This document shows, in pieces, positions 31,594 through 41,720 of a stretch of 57,583 nucleotides of DNA (the first letter of the stretch is position 1; every line of letters starts with the position of its first letter). Position numbers and translations under genes: made by a program. Below the pieces are notes generated by a model, which saw only the letters and a program-made list of their open reading frames with translations, did no database searches and was not told the origin of the DNA. Location of the stretch: assembly GCA_937951315.1 (NCBI GenBank), contig CALFCG010000071.1, positions 1 to 57,583 on the forward strand, read 5' to 3'. Origin of the DNA: an uncultured cyanobacterium (GTDB taxonomy: Bacteria > Cyanobacteriota > Cyanobacteriia > Thermosynechococcales > Thermosynechococcaceae).

Positions 31594-32328
31594 TTAGCTA
31601 ACTGCAGCAACGCAATCACTCGGTTCTTGAAGAACAGTATTCAGATCCTTCACAAGCTGTCGGAAACGTTCAGGTTCGAGCACTGGATGAATGGCCCGGA
31701 CCTGACCACAGCGATCAATCACCATCGCCCGATTTGAATGGGCAATTTCAGCATTAGAAGCACTGTGATGCTGGGATGTATGTCCTGAGACAGACGAGAC
31801 ATCTGGCTCCACGATCAGATGAAAACCTTCGGTCAATAGAACGTTCATCTTTGCAGGTTTACCCGTTAAGAAAGACCATTCCTGCGTGTCGGTCGCATCA
31901 AAGTCCTGAGCATAGTCGTGCAGCACAGATGGACTATCTCGCTTTGGATCAACCGAGAAAGAAACCAGCCGCACAGAATCTCCCAATAGATTAGACGCAG
32001 CGAGGGCATCTCTTAACACCGACATTTGCCGAGTGATGAGAGGGCACACATCAGGGCAACTGGTGTAGATAAAGCTAGCAACCCACACCTGCCCCAAGAG
32101 ATCTTGTTGCCGAAGAGTCTGCCGATCCTGATCCTGAAGCGTAAATGCAGGAACAGACCAGAAATATTGGAGACCAGGCACCTTGCCCTGTGACACAACA
32201 GCCTGAGCAGCAAGCAAAGGCTTTGCTGACGTTGCAGATACGCCCATTACCCCCATTAGCACCAAAAGGCTGACCAATAGGGAACTTATAAACCAAAGCA
32301 ATGTCTTACTATTCATTGATCTTAACAA
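31594..32328 (-). CDS. SCO/SenC copper chaperone
   Basis: CPDVC, SVDPKRD, distal HS; N-terminal TM; start may be 32316. Confidence 0.9.
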   Translation of the reverse strand: MLRSMNSKTLLWFISSLLVSLLVLMGVMGVSATSAKPLLAAQAVVSQGKVPGLQYFWSVPAFTLQDQDRQTLRQQDLLGQVWVASFIYTSCPDVCPLITRQMSVLRDALAASNLLGDSVRLVSFSVDPKRDSPSVLHDYAQDFDATDTQEWSFLTGKPAKMNVLLTEGFHLIVEPDVSSVSGHTSQHHSASNAEIAHSNRAMVIDRCGQVRAIHPVLEPERFRQLVKDLNTVLQEPSDCVAAVS

Positions 32329-32422
32329 TTGTTTAGATTAATGTGGGCGTCATTGGTAGCAATACCCAAGATCTAATGTTGGGATCTTTAGATGTTCAAA
32401 TCAGTCGTTTTTCATTGAACTT

Positions 32423-32914
32423 GTGAGGTTATATATGTGGGGTCAATCGTGCCACAAAGTCGGGCATACCATCAGCGCTTTACTCTTAACTAGCGCAGTC
32501 TACGTCTCAGGATCCCTACCTATCGTGTCAGCATCTGGACCGTCTAGCACAAGCTTAACGGTGCGAGTGAATGGCTTTCGGAGCCAGAATGGTCAGCTTT
32601 GTCTAAGCCTCTACTCAAAGGCCAAGGGCTTTCCGAGCAGTCGCTCCGGTGCCATTCAAGCGCAATGTCTCGAGACAGGTACACCCACCATTACTTTTCC
32701 GAATCTCCACTCAGGCAGCTATGCCGTCGCTGTTTTTCATGATGCCAATAGCGACGGTACCCTGAATCGGAACCCCATCGGCATCCCCACTGAAGGCTTT
32801 GGTTTTTCTCGGAACCCTCGTATTCTCACCGGTCCTCCCGCATTCTCTGATTCAGCCGTATTTATCGCCGGTCCAGGGCAAAACATTGATATTGAGCTGA
32901 ACTATATGCTCTAG
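32423..32914 (+). CDS. DUF2141 exported protein
   Basis: YAVAVFHDAN, GIPTEGFGFSRNP. Confidence 0.88.
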   Translation: MRLYMWGQSCHKVGHTISALLLTSAVYVSGSLPIVSASGPSSTSLTVRVNGFRSQNGQLCLSLYSKAKGFPSSRSGAIQAQCLETGTPTITFPNLHSGSYAVAVFHDANSDGTLNRNPIGIPTEGFGFSRNPRILTGPPAFSDSAVFIAGPGQNIDIELNYML

Positions 32915-32963
32915 CATCCATGGTTGAGCCACAGGAGAACCCTGAGAAAATGCTGAAGTGGAG

Positions 32964-33527
32964 CTAGGATTCCTGGCCCTCCCAGATCGGCAACTTTGCC
33001 TTTGCTTCACTCAGCAAAGGTGCCTGGGCATCTTTATCAGACATCAGCGGAGTCTCAAGAGGCCAATCGATGCCAATAGCCGGGTCATCCCAGCGAATAC
33101 TATATTCATCTCCGGCCGCATAGAAATCCGTACACTTATAGGCAAACACCGCAGTCTCACTGGTGACACAGAAACCATGGGCAAAACCAGCAGGAACAAA
33201 CATCTGACAATGGTTTTCAGCCGATAAGATTTGGCTAAACCATTGACCAAAGGTGGGCGAGCCTTGACGAATATCAACGCAGACATCAAAAACTTCACCC
33301 GCCACAACGCTCACGAGCTTGCCTTGAGGATGCAACAGTTGATAATGCAGGCCACGTAAAACACCTTTGACAGAACAAGACAAATTATCCTGCACAAAAA
33401 CTTCGCTGAGGCCTGCATCACGATATCGCTCTGTTTGGTAGGACTCGAAAAACAGCCCCCGCGGATCATTAAAAACCCGGGGTTCAATCACAAGAACACC
33501 CGGTAGAGAGGTTTTTATTACCTTCAT
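32964..33527 (-). CDS. rfbC: dTDP-4-dehydrorhamnose 3,5-epimerase
   Basis: RGLHYQ, QGKLV, GFAHGF, YKC motifs. Confidence 0.97.
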   Translation of the reverse strand: MKVIKTSLPGVLVIEPRVFNDPRGLFFESYQTERYRDAGLSEVFVQDNLSCSVKGVLRGLHYQLLHPQGKLVSVVAGEVFDVCVDIRQGSPTFGQWFSQILSAENHCQMFVPAGFAHGFCVTSETAVFAYKCTDFYAAGDEYSIRWDDPAIGIDWPLETPLMSDKDAQAPLLSEAKAKLPIWEGQES

Positions 33528-33671
33528 TTAGCAGCCATGCCCCCTTGCTAATTTCTTCAATTACATGCGGTAAAGAATATATCGAGGTTGATTCTACAGC
33601 ATCTCTACCCAGATCGTTGGTCCATAAGTCAGAACGGTATGATTTAGCTGTTGTTATGAGAATGCAGCTCA

Positions 33672-35201
33672 ATGCTAGCTCGGGTGTGGAGTGCAGCGCT
33701 AATCGGAATAGATGCAATCGCAGTTGGCGTCGAAGTCGATGTTGCCGGTGGTCTGCCAGGCACCGTGATCGTAGGACTGCCCGATGCTGCCGTACAAGAA
33801 TCCCGAGAACGGGTTAGAGCGGCCCTACGCAACTCTGAATTTGCCTTCCCCATGCGACGGATTGTGATCAACCTGACGCCTGCAGACTTACGCAAAGAAG
33901 GTCCTAGCTTTGATTTACCAATTAGTATCGGTATCTTGGCTGCTTCGGATCAAATTGATCCACAGCTTCTCGGTGATGTGCTCTTTTTAGGAGAAGTTTC
34001 CTTAGATGGTTCACTACGTCCTGTTACTGGCGTTCTGCCAATTGCGGCAGCAGCCAAACGGATGGGCTATGTCGGCTTAGTCGTACCGTTAGCCAACGCC
34101 AATGAAGCTGCGGTTGTCGAAGGGCTAGATGTTTATGGTTTTGAGCACCTATCTGAAGTCAGTGCTTTTCTCAATCATCCAGGTGCTTATCAAGCCGTAC
34201 AAGAAACAGTCCCACAGACATCGACTTTTATCCATCAAACTCAACTGGATCTCAAAGATGTTAAAGGCCAAGCCCATGCCCGTCGGGCCTTAGAAATCGC
34301 AGCGGCAGGAGGACACAACCTTGTTTTTGTGGGACCCCCTGGAAGTGGTAAAACAATGTTAGCTCGTCGGTTACCTGGAATCTTACCCCCACTGGCCTTT
34401 AATGAAGCACTAGAGGTCTCAAAAATTCACTCCGTTGCCGGTCTACTCAAAGATCGCGGCACCTTGGTGCGGGATCGCCCCTTTCGCAGTCCCCACCATT
34501 CTGCATCCGGCCCTGCTCTCGTCGGTGGCGGCAGCTATCCAAGGCCCGGAGAAATCTCTTTGGCTCACAGAGGGGTACTTTTTCTTGATGAGCTGACAGA
34601 ATTTAAGCGAGATGTTTTAGAATTCCTGCGTCAACCCCTAGAGGATGGCTTTGTCAGTATTTCCCGGGCTAGGCAATCCGTCACATTCCCGGCCGAGTTT
34701 ACATTAGTCGCCAGTACAAATCCTTGCCCCTGTGGCTATTATGCCGATCCAATTCAGGCGTGTACCTGCACTCCTCGGCAACGCGAAAATTACTGGGCAA
34801 AGCTCTCTGGCCCACTCATGGACCGGATCGATCTGCAAGTAGCAGTGGGTCGTCTCAAACCGACTGAAATTACCCAGCAGGCGATGGGTGAACCCACAGA
34901 AACAGTGCGGGAAAGAGTACAGAAGGCAAACAAACTTGCTCAAGAACGCTTCCAAGATGAAGAAGCTGTCCACTGCAATGCCCAAATGCAGAGTAGTCAT
35001 CTGCGAAAATGGTGTGCTTTAGATGAACCCACACGCCAGCTTCTAGAAACTGCTATTGGGCGTTTGGGTCTCTCAGCAAGGGCAACCGATCGTATCCTCA
35101 AGGTTGGCCGCACAATTGCAGACTTAGCAGCATCTTCTGACTTGCAAACTGCTCATGTTGCTGAGGCGATTCAATACCGAACCATTGATCGACTCCAGTA
35201 G
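33672..35201 (+). CDS. comM: ComM/YifB Mg-chelatase-like AAA+ ATPase
   Basis: GPPGSGKT, PGEISLAHRGVLFLDE, NPCPCG. Confidence 0.93.
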   Translation: MLARVWSAALIGIDAIAVGVEVDVAGGLPGTVIVGLPDAAVQESRERVRAALRNSEFAFPMRRIVINLTPADLRKEGPSFDLPISIGILAASDQIDPQLLGDVLFLGEVSLDGSLRPVTGVLPIAAAAKRMGYVGLVVPLANANEAAVVEGLDVYGFEHLSEVSAFLNHPGAYQAVQETVPQTSTFIHQTQLDLKDVKGQAHARRALEIAAAGGHNLVFVGPPGSGKTMLARRLPGILPPLAFNEALEVSKIHSVAGLLKDRGTLVRDRPFRSPHHSASGPALVGGGSYPRPGEISLAHRGVLFLDELTEFKRDVLEFLRQPLEDGFVSISRARQSVTFPAEFTLVASTNPCPCGYYADPIQACTCTPRQRENYWAKLSGPLMDRIDLQVAVGRLKPTEITQQAMGEPTETVRERVQKANKLAQERFQDEEAVHCNAQMQSSHLRKWCALDEPTRQLLETAIGRLGLSARATDRILKVGRTIADLAASSDLQTAHVAEAIQYRTIDRLQ

Positions 35202-35368
35202 AAGTATCTTTCCCCTGCTCACCTCAACCTTTCAGGTCTTCATCCCCTACATTTGATAGTACAGACCAAGCTACTCAGGGACGACCTTTTTCTAGCTCAT
35301 AGCATCGAGCGTTCTATTAAGATTCAAGACTAGCCAGGACGAAAGTTCTCAAGGAAGATAAAATTTCT

Positions 35369-35382
35369 GTATCGTAAGATAC
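35369..35382. promoter_or_regulatory. Candidate NtcA box
   Basis: tGTA-TCGTAAGA-TACg, a GTA-N8-TAC match with extended GTATC/GATAC symmetry. Confidence 0.55.
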
Positions 35383-35385
35383 GAA

Positions 35386-35616
35386 ATGAGGCTGATCATG
35401 AGCGGTTCTAAAGTGGCGACTCAACAGGCAATTGCTTCCACTGAAGTCTTTGTACCCCAGGCAGATCAGTGGGTGCAGTTACGCGATACTCTCTCCGACT
35501 ATAGTGCGAACGAAGCACTACTGCTGTGCGAAGCAGGGGCCGATCAATGGGTTGCCTGGGTCCCCAATATCGGCCAGGTCATGTTGGGCCGTGAGCAAAT
35601 GGTGCAAACCCTTTAA
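35386..35616 (+). CDS. Small cyanobacterial hypothetical protein
   Basis: WVQL...EALLLC...WVAWVP pattern; start 35386 or 35398. Confidence 0.75.
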   Translation: MRLIMSGSKVATQQAIASTEVFVPQADQWVQLRDTLSDYSANEALLLCEAGADQWVAWVPNIGQVMLGREQMVQTL

Positions 35617-35770
35617 GCAATTGAGCATTTAGAGACCCTAAAAGTTAACGAGCGCACGCCCCCTATCCCGGTCTATTGCTAAACAGCATCAAGAGATCTG
35701 GGGCATAAAGTTATCCTCATCTTCGAGTCTTAGTCTGTGCATCAAGACACAAACGAAGAGGGGTCTAGAA

Positions 35771-36202
35771 TCACTCAATCATTCCGAGGCCTTGAAACCA
35801 TAGTTTTTCAAAACTAAAGCCATCTTGATTTGCAGCGGCCTGGGCAGCCTGCTGCAGATCAGCCTGGGTTAGCTTAAAGCCGTGCTTTGTCGCAAGTGCC
35901 AGCACATCATCTGGTGATTGACAGGCTTGATGTTCTCTATTGAGCGCTTCGTCAGCATGCAGCCGTTCAAAAAATGGGCGGCTCAGGGGTTTAAGGTCTG
36001 CCAACCATTTTTGATAGGCTTGCTGAGCCAAACTTTTCAAGTCATCACCCGTAAACTGAAAGCCCAATTCATGCGTGCACGCCATTAATTCACCCACGGA
36101 AGTCATTGTCCGAATTCGGGCCTGAAGCTCAGGGGAATCAGCAATTTTCTGGCTAAACTCTTTTACAGTCTGGGTCTGCATCACAATGCCCTCATCGATC
36201 AC
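35771..36202 (-). CDS. Protein with two tandem Nif11-like leader domains
   Basis: Two F..K/R...D/S..L...C/M.S...V/L.A...GF..T..DL units; start 36202 or 36181. Confidence 0.75.
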   Translation of the reverse strand: MIDEGIVMQTQTVKEFSQKIADSPELQARIRTMTSVGELMACTHELGFQFTGDDLKSLAQQAYQKWLADLKPLSRPFFERLHADEALNREHQACQSPDDVLALATKHGFKLTQADLQQAAQAAANQDGFSFEKLWFQGLGMIE

Positions 36203-38694
36203 AGTAAGGTGAGTGGGTCTACATCTATCGATAGTCTGACATCTTTAGGGCACTGAGCCTGGAGGTCCGAAATGGGGAGAGTCCAGGCAGGCCTACCGTT
36301 CACCGTAGGCGGCAGCTTCAATAAAACTTGCCAACGGTATCGACGGGCCACCCGCAAAATATTGGCAGGAGCCGGACCTAAAACCGCAACCTCGAAATCA
36401 AGCGCTTCAATTTCTGCAGCTAAATAGGTAGCGATGCTTTGAGCCGTTTGCTCAACCTGCTCTTCATTCGGACTACTCAAACGCAGAACAACCAATTGCC
36501 CATAGGGGGGATACTGCAAAGTGTCTCGTTGCTGGAGTTCTAGTTCAACCGTGGTTTCATAGGCATAGCGCTGAACCGCTAAAATGACAGGGTGGTCAGG
36601 ATTATAGGTTTGCAAAATGACCTGCCCTGGATGCTCACCGCGCCCAGCTCGTCCCGCCACTTGCAAAAGGGTTTGAAAAGTACGCTCGCTGGCCCGAAAA
36701 TCAGGCAAATTCAAAAGACTATCTGCAGCTAAAACACCGACAAAGCGGACTTGAGGTAAATCAATCCCTTTCGTCAGCATCTGAGTACCCACCATGAGAT
36801 CCGCTTCGCCTGCGGCGAACCGATCCAGTAGCTCGCGGTGGGCACCTTTACGGCGGGTGGTGTCGCTATCGAATCTTAAAACGCGCAGATCGGGAAACTG
36901 TCGGCTGAGCTCTTCAATCACCCGTTGAGTGCCGCTGCCAAAGAAACGGAAGTAGGGTGAACTGCATTCAGGACATTTAGGGGGCTGAGTCTGCGTAAAG
37001 TTGCAATAGTGGCAGCGCAGCAGGGGGTGTTTGAAATCAGCATTATGGTGGTAGGTCAGCGAGACGCTGCAATGGGGACATTCAACGACATAGCCACAAC
37101 TGCGGCAAGAAACAAAGGTGCTGTGGCCACGCCGATGAATAAACAAGAGTCCTTGCTGACCATCATGAAGTTGGTTGAGACCAGCCTGGAGCTGGCGGCT
37201 GAAGAGGGAGCGATTCCCCTGCTCAAGCTCTTGTCGCATATCCACGATGGTGATGGGGGGCATGGGGCGCGAATGAACGCGCTGGGGCAAACAAAGGTAG
37301 TGGTGATTGGATGGCTGAGAATTGTTGTTGGGTAAGAGATGCTGCGATGTGGCCCAGCTTTCAAGGGAAGGGGTCGCAGACCCAAGAAGGAGCGGACAGT
37401 TTTCAACCTCGGCTCGCCACCGAGCAACGGTTCGGGCGTGATAGCAAGGGGTAGGGCGATCTTGCTTGTAGCCGGTATCATGTTCTTCGTCTAGGATAAT
37501 CATTCCTAGGTTGGAAAGGGGAGAAAAAACGGCGGAGCGAGTGCCGATCACAACCTGAGCAGTCTCACCCAACAGCTGTCGCCAGGTGTCATATCTTTCG
37601 CCGTCGGAAAGAGCGCTGTGGTAGACCCGAACACAATCACCAAATCTAGCGCGAAAGCGATCTGTCAACTGAGGTGTCAATCCAATTTCAGGGACTAAAA
37701 CCAGGACAGACTGTCCTTGCTTCAAAACAGGAGTAATGGACTGAAGATAAACCTCTGTTTTCCCTGAGCCAGTAACGCCATGCAGCAGTACTTGATGAAA
37801 ACCCTGAAGTTTCTGAATTACGGCCAGTGCCTTCCCTTGATCAGAGGTCAAAGTTTGGGCTTGATCTAATTGAAACGGGCTATTCTCCAAACGCAGACGT
37901 TCCTGAAGAGTAATGGCAACATAACCTTTTTCTGCAAGGGTCTTCAGGGTTTTCGAGGTAGTATGGCACAACTCAGTAAAGGGCTGTAACCACATTTCTC
38001 CCCCCTGCTGCTTCAGAACAGCTAAGACTTCTTGCTGTCGTGTGGTGAGGTCTAGGCCAACATTGCCCAGTAAAGTTACAACCTGCTGACGTTTAGGTTG
38101 AGCATGGGATTGCGGTTGTACATAACTTTCGATATAGCCTCGCTGCCGCAATTCACGTAGACCTTGATTTGCACCTTTGACTTGGCGCTGCAGGTAGTTC
38201 CAGGTGTAGTCCTGATTGGGGCTTTGCTTCAGAACCTCGATCAGCTTTTGGGCTGTGGGTGTCAGAGAATGAATCGTTGCACCAGAAGTTTGACTGAGGC
38301 GGATTCGACGTTGCGATCGCATCAACAATCCCGGCGGCAAAGCAACGCGAATAACAGCCATCAACGGCGCATGATAATACTGCGCAACTCTCTCGAGTAG
38401 AGGCCAGTAATTTGCTGGAAAAAGACTAGGGCTAACAAGATCAACCACCTCCCGGATTCGGGACGTGGAGAGTGCCTCAGGCAGCTCCGAAAAACAGCGA
38501 ATCGCAATACCACCGACCGTTTGCGGTCCAAAAGGGACACTTAAAATATCACCGGTCTGGATCGAGAGTGGCCCCGGCAATCGGTAGGTAAACAACTTCT
38601 CAGCCCCTGGGCAATCGACCAGTACTTCTACAAAGGGACCACAATTATTGCCTTGAATTGTGTCAAGAGAGGCATGTGGATCAGTCACGGCCAC
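36199..38694 (-). CDS. priA: Primosomal protein N'
   Basis: GVTGSGKT, DEEH, four CxxC pairs, QVAGRAGR, DVDP. Confidence 0.98.
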   Translation of the reverse strand: MAVTDPHASLDTIQGNNCGPFVEVLVDCPGAEKLFTYRLPGPLSIQTGDILSVPFGPQTVGGIAIRCFSELPEALSTSRIREVVDLVSPSLFPANYWPLLERVAQYYHAPLMAVIRVALPPGLLMRSQRRIRLSQTSGATIHSLTPTAQKLIEVLKQSPNQDYTWNYLQRQVKGANQGLRELRQRGYIESYVQPQSHAQPKRQQVVTLLGNVGLDLTTRQQEVLAVLKQQGGEMWLQPFTELCHTTSKTLKTLAEKGYVAITLQERLRLENSPFQLDQAQTLTSDQGKALAVIQKLQGFHQVLLHGVTGSGKTEVYLQSITPVLKQGQSVLVLVPEIGLTPQLTDRFRARFGDCVRVYHSALSDGERYDTWRQLLGETAQVVIGTRSAVFSPLSNLGMIILDEEHDTGYKQDRPTPCYHARTVARWRAEVENCPLLLGSATPSLESWATSQHLLPNNNSQPSNHHYLCLPQRVHSRPMPPITIVDMRQELEQGNRSLFSRQLQAGLNQLHDGQQGLLFIHRRGHSTFVSCRSCGYVVECPHCSVSLTYHHNADFKHPLLRCHYCNFTQTQPPKCPECSSPYFRFFGSGTQRVIEELSRQFPDLRVLRFDSDTTRRKGAHRELLDRFAAGEADLMVGTQMLTKGIDLPQVRFVGVLAADSLLNLPDFRASERTFQTLLQVAGRAGRGEHPGQVILQTYNPDHPVILAVQRYAYETTVELELQQRDTLQYPPYGQLVVLRLSSPNEEQVEQTAQSIATYLAAEIEALDFEVAVLGPAPANILRVARRYRWQVLLKLPPTVNGRPAWTLPISDLQAQCPKDVRLSIDVDPLTLL

Positions 38695-38700
38695 AGGTTT

Positions 38701-39069
38701 CTATGGGGCATCCGGTTGAGCACGCGTCAACTCCACGGTTATGTTGCCCATATAGTTTGGGATCGGTGGAGCAACCTTCGTGAGTCTAACCTGGACCTGC
38801 TGAATTTTTTTATGAGTGAGCGTTTGAGTTGCGATCGCATCAGCCAACCGCTCAATTAGATTGAACTTTTCTGTTTGAATTAAGATTTGGGTCTCAGAAA
38901 TCACTTTACGGTAGTCCAACGTATCCGCTAAGTTGTCACTGACTCCTGCTGGTGCAAGATTCAACCACAGCTTGAGATCAACCTCAAACCACTGACCTAG
39001 AACCTGTTCCTCTGGCAAAGCGCCAGTATAGCCGTAGTAGCGCAAACCGCTGAGGTGCAAGCAATCCAT
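38701..39069 (-). CDS. folB: Dihydroneopterin aldolase
   Basis: GYTGALPEEQVLGQWF, DTLDY, NLIE; start ATG 39069. Confidence 0.95.
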   Translation of the reverse strand: MDCLHLSGLRYYGYTGALPEEQVLGQWFEVDLKLWLNLAPAGVSDNLADTLDYRKVISETQILIQTEKFNLIERLADAIATQTLTHKKIQQVQVRLTKVAPPIPNYMGNITVELTRAQPDAP

Positions 39070-39198
39070 AGTGCATGAACACAGTGAGACAAAGACCAAC
39101 AAGATAGAGCATATATGATCCTCTATCTTGAGCCATGACACAACTGACCAAAATGGTGACTCCCAAATTGATGGGGCATACTGGAATCACGATGTATT

Positions 39199-39963
39199 AT
39201 GCAATACAACAAAACGGAGCATAGGCAGAGCATGGCGAAGCCGCACCGCAGAATTATGATTGGCGATGTTCACGGCCATTATCATGGCCTCATGGCACTG
39301 CTGGACCTACTCACCCTTCAAGAGACTGATCAGGTTTATTTTCTAGGTGACTTAATCGATCGGGGCCCCGACAGCAGTCACGTCGTCAACTTTGTGAAAC
39401 AGAGCGGCCACACTTGCCTGCTGGGCAATCACGAACATCTCATGGTGATGGCATTTCCAGGTGAGCAACCCGACTTCATGGCCCTCCAGTCTTGGATTCA
39501 CTGCGGCGGGCAACCCACTCTAGATAGCTATCAAAACATTGACGACCTCCAAACAGATGCAGATTGGATGCGGACATTGCCCACGCATCTTGACCTTGGC
39601 GACCTTTGGCTAGTCCATGCAGGACTCAACCCACGCTTACCTCTCACATCACAGACAGAGCAGGAGTATTGTTGGATTCGGCGAGACTTCCATAGTGCCA
39701 AAAAACGCTATTTCCCCAATAAGTTAATTATCACCGGCCATACCATTACCTTTACCCTTCCAGGTATTGATCCGGGTCAAATTGCCCAAGGGCCAGGCTG
39801 GCTCAATATCGAAACCGGTGCTTACCATCCCAACAGTGGGTGGCTAACCGCCCTTGATATTGATCAGAAATATGTCTTTCAGGTCAACGTCTTTAGTCAA
39901 GAAACCCGGGTCAGAACAATGGCTGAATCCGTTATGCCCATGCAAAAACTACAATGGCGTTAG
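39199..39963 (+). CDS. PPP-family metallophosphoesterase (Ser/Thr phosphatase-like)
   Basis: GDVHG, GDLIDRG, GNHE, HAG, GHT. Confidence 0.92.
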   Translation: MQYNKTEHRQSMAKPHRRIMIGDVHGHYHGLMALLDLLTLQETDQVYFLGDLIDRGPDSSHVVNFVKQSGHTCLLGNHEHLMVMAFPGEQPDFMALQSWIHCGGQPTLDSYQNIDDLQTDADWMRTLPTHLDLGDLWLVHAGLNPRLPLTSQTEQEYCWIRRDFHSAKKRYFPNKLIITGHTITFTLPGIDPGQIAQGPGWLNIETGAYHPNSGWLTALDIDQKYVFQVNVFSQETRVRTMAESVMPMQKLQWR

Positions 39964-40012
39964 GTTAGATGGCCATGGCGTTATCATTTCAGCAAGCTAG
40001 ACTGACGACTGA

Positions 40013-41017
40013 CTAGACAGCAGCTTTTTCTTGAGCCTTCTCACCCACCAAACGTTCATAGGCAGCCCGCATCTTCAGACCTGCTAGAACCTGGAACAGA
40101 CCTGAGCCATTATTTGAACCAGGATAGTCTCGATGCTTGAGTAATAGCTCAGTCATCTCGCCATAATGCTTGGCAGAGGTATTGCTGAGATGGCTCTCAA
40201 TGTAAATGACCTCATCTAGTTTCTCAAATTGTCCATCAACCTCTAGGACAGAAACACCGTTGCCATAATAATCATCAGGACCATAGAACATACGGATACC
40301 TGGGTATGAACAGGTCAGCTTGCGACCACAGGGCACCCAGTTGATGGTGGAACCTTCATCAAACAGATAGACCGGCTCAAAGCCTGAAACATCTTCTTTC
40401 TGAATCAACCGCACTCTCAGGATGCCGCCGGGCTTCTCTTCTTCTACCAGCTTCGTCGGCAAAATCTGAATCACAACATCAGCATGTTGTTTCTGGGGAT
40501 CAATATAGGCATCGAAGTCTGGACGACGCGCATTAATAGACGCCAAAATATCATCATAGGTGTGGCCGCGTTCAGCCATATCCCGCTGAATCTTCCAGGA
40601 GATTTTAACTTCATCACTAATATCAAGATAGACGCTGAAGTCAATTAAGCCTCGAACGCGCTCATCATAAAGCGGATGCAGCCCCTCAATCACCACAATA
40701 TGATTCGGGTCAATGCGCTCAGGGGGATCTAACTCACCTGTTTCGTGGTTGTAGATCGGCTTATCTATCGCTTGATTATTTTTCAACGCCTTGATCTGCT
40801 CATACATGAGATCAAAGTTGTTCGCCCGAGGATCAAGGGCCGTAATACCCGTCTCTTTCCGTCCTTTACGATCTAAGCTGTGGTAGTCGTCTAGACAGAT
40901 AACGGTCATGAATTCTGCACCGAAGAGATCTTCAAGCCGTTGCAGAAAGGTAGATTTACCACATCCTGAATCTCCGGCAACGCCGATGAGAACCACACGT
41001 TCTGGCTTGCTGATCAT
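40013..41017 (-). CDS. prk: Phosphoribulokinase
   Basis: GDSGCGKST, DDYHSLDR, RKLTCSYPG. Confidence 0.98.
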   Translation of the reverse strand: MISKPERVVLIGVAGDSGCGKSTFLQRLEDLFGAEFMTVICLDDYHSLDRKGRKETGITALDPRANNFDLMYEQIKALKNNQAIDKPIYNHETGELDPPERIDPNHIVVIEGLHPLYDERVRGLIDFSVYLDISDEVKISWKIQRDMAERGHTYDDILASINARRPDFDAYIDPQKQHADVVIQILPTKLVEEEKPGGILRVRLIQKEDVSGFEPVYLFDEGSTINWVPCGRKLTCSYPGIRMFYGPDDYYGNGVSVLEVDGQFEKLDEVIYIESHLSNTSAKHYGEMTELLLKHRDYPGSNNGSGLFQVLAGLKMRAAYERLVGEKAQEKAAV

Positions 41018-41289
41018 ATCGATGACTTCCTTCTGCTTCAATGTCGCTACAAGTGGCTCTAGGCATAAACCTTAATCATCTGACATCTCAGACGACTTGC
41101 CTCTTAATGATATTACTAGGGGATTGCCCCCTCTGGATAGGGTTGGCTGTAATCCTTTTGAGAAAACCTCAAGATTGCGCGGAACAAGCGGTACCCATAA
41201 CGGCAATCCAGAGCTTCTCAGTCCGGAGTCGCCAGTTAGCTGCCAATATTTTGCCGAAGTGTCATCTCTGCTCTAAAAGCCAAAATCGC

Positions 41290-41616
41290 TTAGACGGAGG
41301 ATTTGGGCGTAAAGATGCGCTGAAGAATGAGTTGAACTCCTAAGCCAAAGAGCCCTAAACATGCAAAGGCAAAAATTGCGGTGGCCAAAGTACTCATACC
41401 CACGACAAGGGTCCGCACTGCAACGGAGAGGCTCATGGCCGTTTGATTACTAACACTCAGAGGGTGAGCGGCAAAGGAGGCCGCAATCGAGCTCGTCAGC
41501 CGGTAAAGCAGTAGAGCAAAAATACTAGCAACCATAGAACCTGTCAAACATTGCAGAGGACTGACAGAGACAGGCTGTTGATCTTCTTTGGACTGGGGCG
41601 CATCAGTTTCGGACAT
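41290..41616 (-). CDS. DUF3082-like membrane protein
   Basis: 2 TM, AVRTLVVG..LA pattern; start ATG 41616. Confidence 0.75.
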   Translation of the reverse strand: MSETDAPQSKEDQQPVSVSPLQCLTGSMVASIFALLLYRLTSSIAASFAAHPLSVSNQTAMSLSVAVRTLVVGMSTLATAIFAFACLGLFGLGVQLILQRIFTPKSSV

Positions 41617-41720
41617 GGGGTACGCTCTTGCTACAGCCAACGGACGAGGAGCTATCGTCCCTCTACTGTACTGGATCGATGAGGACAACCGCGAAGGATA
41701 TGGACAAAAGACAGAGGTCT

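Noticed and set aside
33672-35201. comM as an integration hotspot carrying an element
   Set aside because: Gene is intact; no integrase or att repeats seen
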